NCBI RefSeq assembly: GCF_001194135.2
Contig: NC_068984.1
Span: 128,554,989 to 128,618,988 of the forward strand
Reading direction: 5' to 3'
DNA length: 64,000 bases
From: Octopus bimaculoides
Lineage: Eukaryota
Numbering within the stretch: position 1 is the first letter of the stretch; each line of letters begins with the position of its first letter. The notes under the pieces are model-generated. The model saw nothing but the letters and a program-made list of their open reading frames with translations, was not told where the DNA came from and made no database searches. A program made the position numbers and the translations under genes. Positions 25,533 through 34,245 of the stretch are shown here, piece after piece.

Positions 25533-26237
25533 NNNNNNNNNNNNNNNNNNNNNNNNNNNNNNNNNNNNNNNNNNNNNNNNNNNNNNNNNNNNNNNNNNNN
25601 NNNNNNNNNNNNNNNNNNNNNNNNNNNNNNNNAAATTGATATTAATCAATTAAAACCAGTGGCTTAGCATATTTAAAAAAATTCAAAGATTAAAAATTGT
25701 GTTATATACAAAATTAAGAGGAATGACTACTAAAGTGGACACCTAATATGCTAAACATAGACTTCAAATCGCCATTACCACGAAGGGTGTGTTCTCAGGA
25801 AAAATCTCAACAAAACGCCAAAATGCAAATAAATAAGTAAGACAAATGAAAATATACGAAATATAAAACGATTACCTACGTACCATGGTTTCACTTGTTA
25901 ATATTTACGTATGTAAACACGCAAATATCTGCAAGGTCGTCAGCGTAGTCTGTCGCTTGTAAAACATATTTTCCAGAACTAGATACAGAACGCTCAACCG
26001 AAACAGAGCATGTATAAAGTTCTACAAATTATATTTGGGTGTATTTTTCAAATGTTTTCACTTTGGCGCGCTAAGGCCGGAAATAACTCTGCAGTTAATA
26101 AATTTCAGCAGCTAATTTACCGGTTAGAGAACATTTTATTCATTTGTCTTGCTCACTTTTACATTTTGGCGTTTTGTTGAGATTTTTCTTGAGAACACAC
26201 TCTTCGTGGTAATGGTGATTTGTAGTGGTCATTCCTC

Positions 26238-26273
<36 letters not shown>

Positions 26274-28422
26274 NNNNNNNNNNNNNNNNNNNNNNNNNNN
26301 NNNNNNNNNNNNNNNNNNNNNNNNNNNNNNNNNNNNNNNNNNNNNNNNNNNNNNNNNNNNNNNNNNNNNNNNNNNNNNNNNNNNNNNNNNNNNNNNNNNN
26401 NNNNNNNNNNNNNNNNNNNNNNNNNNNNNNNNNNNNNNNNNNNNNNNNNNNNNNNNNNNNNNNNNNNNNNNNNNNNNNNNNNNNNNNNNNNNNNNNNNNN
26501 NNNNNNNNNNNNNNNNNNNNNNNNNNNNNNNNNNNNNNNNNNNNNNNNNNNNNNNNNNNNNNNNNNNNNNNNNNNNNNNNNNNNNNNNNNNNNNNNNNNN
26601 NNNNNNNNNNNNNNNNNNNNNNNNNNNNNNNNNNNNNNNNNNNNNNNNNNNNNNNNNNNNNNNNNNNNNNNNNNNNNNNNNNNNNNNNNNNNNNNNNNNN
26701 NNNNNNNNNNNNNNNNNNNNNNNNNNNNNNNNNNNNNNNNNNATATATATATATATATATATAGTTAATAAATCCCTGAACGAGGTATAAACAGTAGCTG
26801 CACGACAACGTGAAGTATATTTGCCACTTAAATGCGGCTAACCCCTAAGGGGTAGCAGAAACTACAACAACAAAGCGGCGAGCTGGCAGAAACGTTAGCA
26901 CGCCGGGCGAAATCTTTAGCTGTATTTCGTCTGCCGTTACGATCTGAGTTCAAATTTCGCCGAGGTCGACTTTGCCTTTCATCCTTTCGGGTTCGATAAA
27001 TTAAGTACCAGTTACGCACTGAGGTCGATGTAATCGACTTAATCCCTTTGTTTGTCCTTGTTTGGGCAATAAAGAAATAAGAAACTACAACAAAAAGTAC
27101 AGCAGAAACAACAACAGTAGCAAAAGAAAAGAAACAGCAAAAACTCCTCAAAAGGAAGCCCTAAAAGGAACACCAACAGATACCAAACCAACAGAGTTAC
27201 CCATTCCCATGTCTCATTCAGGCATGTGCAAAAACAAACAAACAAACAAAAAAAGACAAAGAATGGAAAGACGTTCACAAGAAAAAAAAAACGAAAAACG
27301 GACACAACCACAGCCCCTCCCCACAACACAGACACATTCCCACAGCCACTAACCCTAATACCCATATTACCAACACCATCAATACCACTGCCAGTACCAC
27401 AGACAAAACAGAAACCACTATTAAAAAGTATAATGAACCTTACTGCAATAAACACACACAAAAAAATACACAGCTAATGAAATATATACAAGAACACACC
27501 AACATTACTTCAAGAAATTTTCTTTGTGCACCACCTAAAGCAACACAATACATGCAGATCCTCAGCATTTCAAATAACATGTTCATTGACATAAAAGATT
27601 ACTCCAATGCGGTGGGCATATTTCAGAAAACTATAAGTAAAACGCTTTATAAAAATCTGATTGTGGAAACACCCAAAACTAGTCAGAGGAGTGAGAAAAC
27701 CACTCACCCTCCCGACAGCCAAAACAGCTTTTGGATAAACGTCGTTGCAAGAATAGCTAGAACGAATGGGTCTGGCTTGAGTATAAATCTCTAATCGTCC
27801 CTCTTGTTGAGCCTTAGTAGCTAATAAAGAAAATATAGACAGTTATAACTTAAACTTATTAAAGAAAATAATTTCTTGCCGAACAACCGCACAGATGCTT
27901 TGTTCATAGTGATAAAATGTTTATGTTCACATAAGCTCACTTCCTCCATTAATTTATCTATGTATCTAGCAAGCTAGCTGTCTGTCTATGTAATCAATCT
28001 ATCAAGTTATTTTAATAGGATTAGCAACAGGATTAAACAGTTTCCAGACGAGTAGGAGGGATATAATGACTGTTTCAAATTTAAAATTCATTCAATGTCC
28101 GTTTGTGAAAGAAAAGAACACGGGAAAAGAACAATGACAACTATAGCTTAAACTTATTGAAGAAAATAATTTCTTGCCGAACAAACATACAGATTGATCG
28201 AATGTTTATGTTCACATAAGCTCACTTCCTCCATCAAATTGACATTACCTGTGCAGGTGCACCATGTGTCACATGTTAGGCGACGAAATGATCGCAGTGC
28301 AACGTGAAATGAAGGGCTTCGCTCAAGAGCACGATGGAACGCTCAGTCTGGGAACCGAAATCACGATCTCGCAATCGTAAGTGCAACACACAAACCACTA
28401 AGTCATGTGCCTTCACGTGGAT

Positions 28423-28455
<33 letters not shown>

Positions 28456-29960
28456 TACAAAGATTTATATAGCTGCCTCTCTCTCTCTCTCTCTCTCTCT
28501 TTCTAGCTATCTAGCTACCTATCTGTTTATGTAATCAATCTATCAAACTGTTTTATAGGATTAGCAAACAGAATTAAGCAGTTTCCAGACGAGTTGGAGG
28601 GATATAATGACGACTGTTTCTAATTAAAAATTCATTCAATATCCGTTTGTGAAAGAAAAAAATAAGGAAAAAGAACAATGACAACTATAACTTAAACTTA
28701 TTATATAGACTGAATTATTCATAAGATAAACTAGATTGAAAACCGATCTAAGATTACTCTCCATTGTTGATGTGTAGCTATAAGTCGGCTTTGATCGAGA
28801 TGACATCCTAGCTGTGACAATCTCGCCTTTCTAGACAAGATGTGTTTTTAAGGCGTAGAAGATATACCATCTTTTATTAAGACGTAATATAATAAGGAAT
28901 ATATTATACAAAGATTGGTGGTGCTGCATCGGTAAGTACTGTATTTATTGGAAAAAGATAAAGAGAAAGAATAATGGAATATTGCGGAGGACGGTGAAGT
29001 GGAAGTGGAGTTTTCGACGTTTCAAGCAATCTTACTTTTGGGCTAATTAAAGGTGGAAAGGCAGAAGAGTTTTTAAATCCTCTATGTTAGGACGACTGGC
29101 AGCAACTGATAGAGAACGCAAAACAATGTGAGAGAGTATGTGTCGACAGGAAGTAGTGAGAGAGAGAGAGAGAAGGAAAGAGAAAAGAAGGAGGAAAAGA
29201 AGATGGATGAGGCGTTGTAGAGAAAATGTAGAGAAAAGAGTAAAGCAGTGATCACTGTATTAGGAAGAGGAGGAGAAGGAGCCGGAGGTAAAAAGTGTTC
29301 ATTCAAATTCACAAGTGTTACGGTTCTAAGTCTAAATATATATTGTTCCGTCTGTTTCCTTGAGTGCGCGGTACCAAGGTGTGCAGATAGATAATGGAGT
29401 GACCCCCTAGTGTCGGAGTGGGTGTCGACAGGCTGACCTTGTATGCGTATTAGATTATTTTGTATGTGCTCGATGATCGACGAGGTGACGACCTACGCTA
29501 AATTAAAAGGCGCCGTAAAGTTTGCATATGATTGAGTATGTGACGTTGGTTGTCGTGCAGGAGAAATTTTAGGTGATATAGCGCCGGTGATGGTTGAAAT
29601 ATTGTTGATGTAAGAAAGATGTTGCATCTGCGGTGTGGGCATTGAAAGTACTTACCTGGGGCGCTGTAGAGCTTTTAACTGAGAGGTTACGGAAATGTCT
29701 ACTTTTATAAAAAACGAAGAGAGTTGCTGCAGGAAAGCTCGGGGTGGTTATGAGATCAGAGAGTAGAATTAAGAAGTTTCGGATGAGTGTACCTTACCTC
29801 GCAACGCTTTCGACAGCGGCAGATCGGACATCCAGTTCGTCCATCTGTAGCAAATCCACTCTGGAGACATTGAATTCCGCAGTAAGATTTTGACAAATCA
29901 AGACACCAGGGGAACAGTGGTTTACCTTTTGAGATAAAGAGATAGATAGAGAGAAAGTGA

Positions 29961-30039
<79 letters not shown>

Positions 30040-32251
30040 CATTGCTTCAAACAATTTCTCTCAGAAATTTTCATTGATATATGTATGTATGTATGTATGT
30101 ACGTACGTATATATATATGTATGTATGAATATATATATATGTGTGTGTGTGTGTATGTATATATATATATATATATATATATAAAACCATCTATGTATCA
30201 TACTTAATGTAAATATATATTTACTGCAGTACTCGTCCGGTTATAACATCTCTTACGAATATGGTGTGTTTAAAATGTATATCGGAGGTAGACGAAAATC
30301 GTCCCAGTAGCGGCTAGCGAGAATGCGAGATACATTTCGGTCTTTTTGGGCCTTGTCAATGGCGTGTACTTAGAGCCAGCCATATGCTTTGACGAAATTC
30401 CCCGCCTTCGATGTAAAGGAAAACAAAGAAAAAAATTCACTTGTATTGCGAATAGCAAAATAAAAATCCTTATATACAATAAAAGTAGTATGAAATTAAA
30501 ATAGTCATCTATGTATCATACTTAATGTAAATACATCGTTGGAAAGCAAGTTTACTGCAAATATTAATCCAGAGATAACATTCCTTATATGTTGTGTTGT
30601 GTTTAAAAACACAAAATGACTTGATTGGACTGTTTAGTTTGTACATACGGCCCACTGCATATTTTATTTACCTGAAAAATTGCATAAAGAAGAAAAACTA
30701 AAAGACATGTTTGCTTCTGTATCGTTTAACATCTTTTCCAACCAATCACGATCAATCGCAGCACGTTCTTAATTTTGGCGCCTTTCTAAGTTAGAATGCT
30801 GCCCTTCGTATGAGCCAACTGTTTTTTTTTTTCATAAATACGTCATTTACGTATTGGCAGAGCTTACCAGTATTTTCTGGCGAATTCACGTCAGTCAGTG
30901 TAACACTTTCTCAGACAAATACACACTTGCTAATTCATATTATTCTTTCTCAACATCTACGTGCTTTATTGAAAAGTATATTTCGTTCGTTATGTGCTTA
31001 ATAATGGTTTCAAATTTTGGCACAAGGCCAACAATTCTAAGGGAGGAGGATAGTCGATTACATAAGTCCCAACACGCAAACTTTATTGACCTCGAAAGGC
31101 AAAGTCCACTTCGATGTAATTTGAACTCAAAACGTAAATAGCCGGAAGAAATGCCGCTAAGAATTTTGATGCACTAACGATTCTGTCAGCTCGTCACCTT
31201 TTGGCATAAATATTCTACACTGAACTGACAAGTAATTAGTTCACTGTACTCTTTCGCCCCAACTTTTTCTCACTCGCTGCGATGGACTGGCATCTCGTCC
31301 AGCTGGGGGGAACACATACGCCATAGAAACCGGGAAACCGGGCCCATGGGCCTGGCTAGGCTTTGAAAGGGCGACGTTTATCGTTTTTTAACTTTTACTA
31401 GTGCTGTGTGTGTATGTGTGTATGCGTGTGTGTGTGTGTGAAGCGCACTTTTTTGGTTGTTATAATTGCTTCTTTTGACGCTATTTGTCTTCATGCAACG
31501 AAAATATTAACAGCAAATTAATTTCAATTGCAGTGAAAGATACTTTGAAATATTAAACACTCTATGGCAGGGGTTTTCAAACTGTGGTCCGCGGACCACA
31601 GGGGGTCCGCAAGGACAAGACAGGGGGTCCGTGGACAGCAAATACTTTTTATGGGCAATTTGATTTTATATATGTTTTTTAATCGAAATCTTTTCATTGA
31701 CAATAAACCTATTTGTTAAATACTGTTAAATAAATAAATGTAAAAATATATGTTATTTTAAGCAAATATTTATGTATAAATTTCATAAGCGTTTATAAGG
31801 GGCTCCTTAAGTTAAAGCCTGAAATATAAAGGGGTCCGCAAGTCAAAAAGTTTGAAAACCCCTGCTCTATGGTATCTTGTTAAAATCTTATGTGCTTGAT
31901 TTTATGACATATATACGCTGGTCCTTTCTTTAACATTGGCGAGCTCAGACTTTTACTACGATCCTTTAAATTAATGAATAAATCAATTTAAAAAGTTCAC
32001 AAATTTACTCTTTTACTCTTTTATTCTTTTACTTGTTTCAGTCATTTGACTGCGGCCATGCTGGAGCACCGCCTTTAGTCGAGCAAATCGACCCCAGGAC
32101 TTATTCTTTGGATGCCTAGTACTTATTCTATCGGTCTCTTTTGCTGAACCGCTAAGTTACGGGGACATAAACACACCAGCATCGGTTGTCAAGCGATGTT
32201 GGGGTGGGGTGGGGGACAAACACAGACACACAAACATATACACACGCATAC

Positions 32252-32282
<31 letters not shown>

Positions 32283-33791
32283 TACGACGGGCTTCTTTCA
32301 GTTTCCGTCTACCAAATCGACTCACAAGGCTTTGGTCGGCCCGAGGCTATAGTAGAAAACACTTGCCATGCAGTGGGACTGAACCCGGAACTATGTGGTT
32401 AGTAAGCAAGCTAATTACCACACAGCCACACCTGCGCCTACAAATTTGATAAAAAGAAAAATCAAACTTGCTATATTTAATTCGGTTTTCGTGCCTTCGG
32501 TCGTGAATGTTGGGTAGTGACCGAACGAGTATGATTGTGAATACAAGTGGCCGAAATGGGGTCCCTCCGAAAGATCTCTGGAGTAACGTTACTTTTTAGA
32601 ATGGGTAGCTCGGCGATCAGGGAATCTTTCCAGGTCATACATCTGTGTTTCTTCGCATTGAGAGATCACAGCTCCGGTACAACTGACACGTGATTAGAAT
32701 GTCGCAAGAACGGATCGTAAGACGGATTGATCAAGCCTAGCTAACCGGCAGGAGATCTACGGGTAGACCAAGAATTAGATGGTTGGAGCATCTACATAGT
32801 CTCAGTTAGTTACGCTTAAGAACCCAACTGAAAAATTGTAATGACGGTTGCTTCTGAAAGGGCCCTATGCAGGAGGTGCCTGAAGACTCTACCTAACAAT
32901 CCTTGCAGGAATGGTGGGTGGGAAAGATGGATGGATAACATCCAGACTCTGGATGTTATTTCTAATTAAAATAACGCCTACATACACAAACATAGAAGCA
33001 CACATGTATATAGATATATGCATATATATATATNNNNNNNNNNNNNNNNNNNNNNNNNNNNNNNNNNNNNNNNNNNNNNNNNNNNNNNNNNNNNNNNNNN
33101 NNNNNNNNNNNNNNNNNNNNNNNNNNNNNNNNNNNNNNNNNNNNNNNNNNNNNNNNNNNNNNNNNNNNNNNNNNNNNNNNNNNNNNNNNNNNNNNNNNNN
33201 NNNNNNNNNNNNNNNNNNNNNNNNNNNNNNNNNNNNNNNNNNNNNNNNNNNNNNNNNNNNNNNNNNNNNNNNNNNNNNNNNNNNNNNNNNNNNNNNNNNN
33301 NNNNNNNNNNNNNNNNNNNNNNNNNNNNNNNNNNNNNNNNNNNNNNNNNNNNNNNNNNNNNNNNNNNNNNNNNNNNNNNNNNNNNNNNNNNNNNNNNNNN
33401 NNNNNNNNNNNNNNNNNNNNNNNNNNNNNNNNNNNNNNNNNNNNNNNNNNNNNNNNNNNNNNNNNNNNNNNNNNNNNNNNNNNNNNNNNNNNNNNNNNNN
33501 NNNNNNNNNNNNNNNNNNNNNNNNNNNNNNNNNNNNNNNNNNNNNNNNNNNNNNNNNNNNNNNNNNNNNNNNNNNNNNNNNNNNNNNNNNNNNNNNNNNN
33601 NNNNNNNNNNNNNNNNNNNNNNNNATATATATATATATATATAAATAAATGAAAGCCCTAACGATGTATAAAGGAAACAGAAAACGGATGAAAGTTGACA
33701 TACCATCGCGATAATTAAAGGAAAATACTCCAACATTGGCCAAATAGCAAACAACTATAAAAATAGTTAAACAACCGCTTTTATTGATCAT
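4037..33791 (-). CDS. Secreted multidomain protease inhibitor (SP + antistasin-like + FOLN-like + lustrin Cys repeat + 2x BPTI/Kunitz), 6 coding exons, 284 aa
   Basis: join(33791-33704, 29925-29798, 25247-25148, 21629-21450, 18412-18257, 4239-4037) = 88+128+100+180+156+203 = 855 nt. All introns are GT-AG with matching phases (1,0,1,1,1) and there is no internal stop. Translation: [284 protein letters not shown]. Extra exons hidden in N gaps cannot be excluded. Confidence 0.85.
4820..5185. mobile_element. RTE-tail/SINE-like repeat fragment
   Basis: gaccagcagtcgcccatgcatacc...gacgttgcaactcatttctacagctaagtgaaatggagcaacgtgaaataaagtgt. Related tails occur at about 28290-28420 and 62120-62260. Confidence 0.5.
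5318..5352 (-). ncRNA. Degenerate hammerhead-like motif, same family as 10067-10101
   Basis: Minus strand: GTTT-TCGAAGA-AGAGC-TAT-GCTC-GAAA-CGTA-AAC. The core is mutated. Confidence 0.35.
5495..6365. repeat. Compound (TG)n/(CA)n/(TA)n low-complexity tract
   Basis: Directly visible; explains the CV/HT-rich ORFs. Confidence 0.9.
6413..7040 (-). mobile_element. Non-autonomous Helitron-like element
   Basis: Minus strand begins TCTATAGATATAAA and then CACGGTCAAACGGCTG. It ends with the imperfect hairpin CCGGGTGAAACCAGG, a short spacer and CTAG (6416-6413). Internal (CA)n. Confidence 0.7.
7510..7609. mobile_element. 100-bp MITE-like hairpin with perfect 20-bp TIRs
   Basis: gtcatggtattagctgtcag (7510-7529) / ctgacagctaataccatgac (7590-7609). 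An inverted, one-arm-deleted copy lies at about 7048-7135. Confidence 0.7.
8570..8930 (+). mobile_element. Penelope-like element terminal region
   Basis: Contains the minimal hammerhead motif at 8840-8888 typical of Penelope-like pseudo-LTRs. Confidence 0.5.
8840..8888 (+). ncRNA. Minimal hammerhead-like motif with U4C core variant
   Basis: GTCT-CCGATGA-AGGGAAG-tactggat-CTTCCCA-GAAA-C-AGCT-G-TA-AGAC. Stem I GTCT/AGAC, stem II GGGAAG/CTTCCC, palindromic AGCT loop III. Confidence 0.6.
10067..10101 (-). ncRNA. Ultra-minimal hammerhead-like motif (core substitution) in a Penelope-like terminal repeat
   Basis: Minus strand: CTTT-CTGTTGA-AGAGC-GTA-GCTC-GAAA-CGTC-AAAG. Stem I CTTT/AAAG, stem II GAGC/GCTC, palindromic ACGT at stem III. 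A6 is replaced by U. Confidence 0.5.
11590..12690 (-). mobile_element. Degenerate Penelope-like retroelement remnant
   Basis: Hammerhead at 11799-11872 in the same orientation and a strongly strand-skewed body. No intact ORF. Confidence 0.45.
11799..11872 (-). ncRNA. Minimal type I hammerhead ribozyme motif (Penelope-associated), intact core
   Basis: Minus strand: TGCA-CTGATGA-GTAC...ACAC-GAAA-C-AACT-G-TA-TGCA. Stem I TGCA/TGCA, core CUGAUGA and GAAA, 1-2 bp stem III, GUA cleavage triplet. Stem II is weak and has a long AT-rich loop. Confidence 0.65.
12697..12842 (+). mobile_element. Short interspersed repeat (family F); inverted copy at about 31250-31385
   Basis: aacgtcgccctttcaaagcctagccagg...tttctatggcgtatgtgttcccccagctggacg...cagtccatcgcagcg is found reverse-complemented at 31.3 kb. 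Confidence 0.75.
13506..13681 (-). mobile_element. Helitron-like 5' end fragment with microsatellite
   Basis: Minus strand ATCTATAAAATTCACT-(GT)n-(CTGT)n...GCACGGCCAAACTGCTGG...CCAAATTTGACATG resembles the 5' end of the 6413-7040 element. Confidence 0.5.
13690..14352 (-). mobile_element. Two SINE family B copies (13690-13840 head part; 14010-14352 near full length)
   Basis: cgaggctatagtagaagacac..cccaaggtgccacgcagtgggactgaacc motif. Confidence 0.75.
14690..15190 (+). mobile_element. Two SINE family A copies (14690-14880; 14976-15190)
   Basis: Match the family A sequence. aagaatgtaccttcgcc occurs before 14976 and again after about 15190, a possible TSD. Confidence 0.8.
16721..17630 (+). mobile_element. 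Probable Helitron-derived element with a Rep N-terminal-like coding remnant
   Basis: TCTATC-repeat start followed by aaaactcactgattgc..ctcac, and a GC-richer body. An internal frame at about 17236-17373 reads [32 protein letters not shown], resembling ET.E....RL...RER repeats. The 3' CTRR end is unclear. Confidence 0.4.
18257..18412 (-). CDS. Coding exon 5: Kunitz/BPTI domain 1
   Basis: Acceptor ttattattccag|, donor TGCC|GTAAGT, 156 nt, phase 1-1. [51 protein letters not shown] has all 6 Kunitz Cys and the YxGCxGNxNNF motif. The ORF track shows a different frame here. Confidence 0.93.
19640..20770. mobile_element. Cluster of SINE family A copies in both orientations (19640-19830 -, 19850-19990 +, 20240-20430 +, 20558-20770 +)
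   Basis: Match the family A sequence. Confidence 0.75.
20012..20222. mobile_element. Tc1/mariner-type MITE with an internal duplication of about 83 bp
   Basis: TIR cagggtgtccaca / gtggacaccctg followed by TA. Two tandem copies of tggagtaaata..atcataacataaacaatta..aagaaataataatttcttaaagtatgt. Confidence 0.75.
21450..21629 (-). CDS. Coding exon 4: lustrin-type cysteine-rich repeat
   Basis: Acceptor ttttcattgtcag|, donor CCAT|GTAAAT, 180 nt, phase 1-1. [38 protein letters not shown] has the 6-Cys C..G.P...C...C..Y.C..HP.....CC lustrin pattern. Confidence 0.85.
21720..22210. repeat. (GGT)n/(GAT)n/(CAT)n trinucleotide tract
   Basis: Visible; gives the spurious MVVIL...HHHH ORF. Confidence 0.85.
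22470..22785. mobile_element. Opposed SINE family A copies (22470-22570 +, 22575-22785 -)
   Basis: Match the family A sequence, diverged. Confidence 0.65.
23200..23705. mobile_element. Foldback MITE spanning an N gap
   Basis: atattcggtagacgtaaagaatgtggaccgca mirrors gcgggtccacattctttacgtccgccaaatatt. Inner cggcattttaaaattttaattccc mirrors gggaattaaaatttttaaatgccg. Confidence 0.7.
24060..24442 (-). mobile_element. tRNA-derived SINE family D copy
   Basis: Minus-strand head gtggaggcgcaatggcccagtggttagggcag..gactcgcggtcataggatcgcggtttcgattccc; near-identical to 42373-42755. Confidence 0.85.
25148..25247 (-). CDS. Coding exon 3: follistatin-N-like (FOLN-like) Cys repeat
   Basis: Acceptor tttgctttaattcccacag|, donor CCTG|GTAAGC, phase 0 to 1, which is exactly what is needed to bridge exons 2 and 4. 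(CE)[33 protein letters not shown]. The domain name is tentative. Confidence 0.8.
25718..26237. mobile_element. Kolobok-like MITE (TTAA TSD, long TIRs)
   Basis: TTAA|GAGGAATGAC...GTCATTCCTC|TTAA (TSDs at 25714-25717 and 26238-26241). Roughly 100-bp imperfect inverted arms. Confidence 0.75.
26871..27080 (+). mobile_element. SINE family A copy (young, close to consensus)
   Basis: Nearly identical to the 14976 and 50090 copies. Confidence 0.85.
27840..28700. repeat. Tandem duplication of about 300 bp, second unit interrupted by a SINE fragment and microsatellites
   Basis: aacttaaacttatt..agaaaataatttcttgccgaac..ttcacataagctcacttcctccat..cagtttccagacgag.ggagggatataatgac..gtttgtgaaagaaaa occurs twice. 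Confidence 0.8.
29000..29760 (-). mobile_element. Penelope-like element remnant (GIY-YIG endonuclease region)
   Basis: Minus-strand pieces [16 protein letters not shown] and QPVDTH...GHS match the PLE GIY-YIG motif order. A gaaacgtc terminal motif lies at about 29005. Confidence 0.65.
29798..29925 (-). CDS. Coding exon 2: antistasin-like domain
   Basis: Acceptor ctctttatctcaaaag|, donor GAG|GTAAGG, phase 1 to 0. [42 protein letters not shown] fits the antistasin pattern C-xn-C-x3-C-xx-GF-xx-D-xx-GC-xx-C-x-C. Confidence 0.85.
29937..30035. repeat. (GA)n microsatellite abutting the exon 2 acceptor
   Basis: Reads as (TC)n on the coding strand directly upstream of the AG at 29927-29926. Confidence 0.9.
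31010..31190 (-). mobile_element. SINE family A copy
   Basis: Matches the reverse complement of family A. Confidence 0.7.
31568..31864. mobile_element. hAT (Charlie-like) MITE
   Basis: TIR CAGGGGTTTTCAAAC / GTTTGAAAACCCCTG with a perfect 8-bp TSD ctctatgg (31560-31567, 31865-31872). Confidence 0.92.
32030..32435 (-). mobile_element. SINE family B full-length copy
   Basis: tttacttgtttcagtcatttgactgcggccatgctggagcacc...gggactgaacccggaac...accacacagccac. Confidence 0.85.
32545..32800 (+). mobile_element. RTE-clade LINE RT C-terminal remnant
   Basis: [43 protein letters not shown] matches the RTE RWxGHVxRM...GxRxxGRPxxRW motif. Confidence 0.8.
33704..33791 (-). CDS. Coding exon 1: start codon and signal peptide
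   Basis: ATG at 33791 gives [29 protein letters not shown] (basic N-terminus plus hydrophobic core). Donor G|GTATGT at 33704/33703. An upstream acceptor (ttttacaatttccag| at 33803/33802) leaves 11 nt of 5'UTR, implying an upstream non-coding exon. Confidence 0.85.
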
Positions 33792-34112
33792 GTTGAATGG
33801 AACTGGAAATTGTAAAAGGAAAATAAAAGGATTAAGATATTTTATCATGGAATTATGATTTCAGTGTTAGGTCATTTGAGTTATGAGAGGGTTAGTAGAT
33901 TTAGTGAAATGAACGAGCTATCTAAAACAGCGCAATATGTACACCATGCTTCTCTTTCAACTATGTTAATTTTCTTTCAGATTTCTCTGACTTCAACATG
34001 GTACATTGCATTCACAAAAGTTTTAACTTCAGGGAGTTGGTGGCAAGCATTATTATAACTTATATGAACATGTGCTGTTGGGTGTTTTTAGAAGAGCTTT
34101 TCTTTTTTGTAT

Positions 34113-34245
34113 TTGCATCTTGCTTTTCTCCGTGAAAACCTTGATGTCATCAGTGAGGAGCACGGTGAAATATTTCACCAACAAAGCTAACAAGGCCGCT
34201 GAGATACTGCCATGATGAGTGAATATGTTACGTCTCTGGTTAAAA
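34113..34245 (+). mobile_element. DNA transposase fossil (probably Chapaev3/CMC type)
   Basis: LHLAFLRENLDVISEEHGEIFHQQS*QGR*DTAMMSEYVTSLVK matches the HLDFFPENLGAVSDEHGERFHQ...QGRW...MLADY motif. The superfamily assignment is from memory. Confidence 0.65.

Noticed and set aside
27062-27794. Consecutive basic and Pro/Thr-rich ORFs
   Set aside because: Low-complexity A/C-rich sequence with stops, antisense within an intron and with no recognisable domain. Possibly a retroelement ORF1 remnant, but unsupported.
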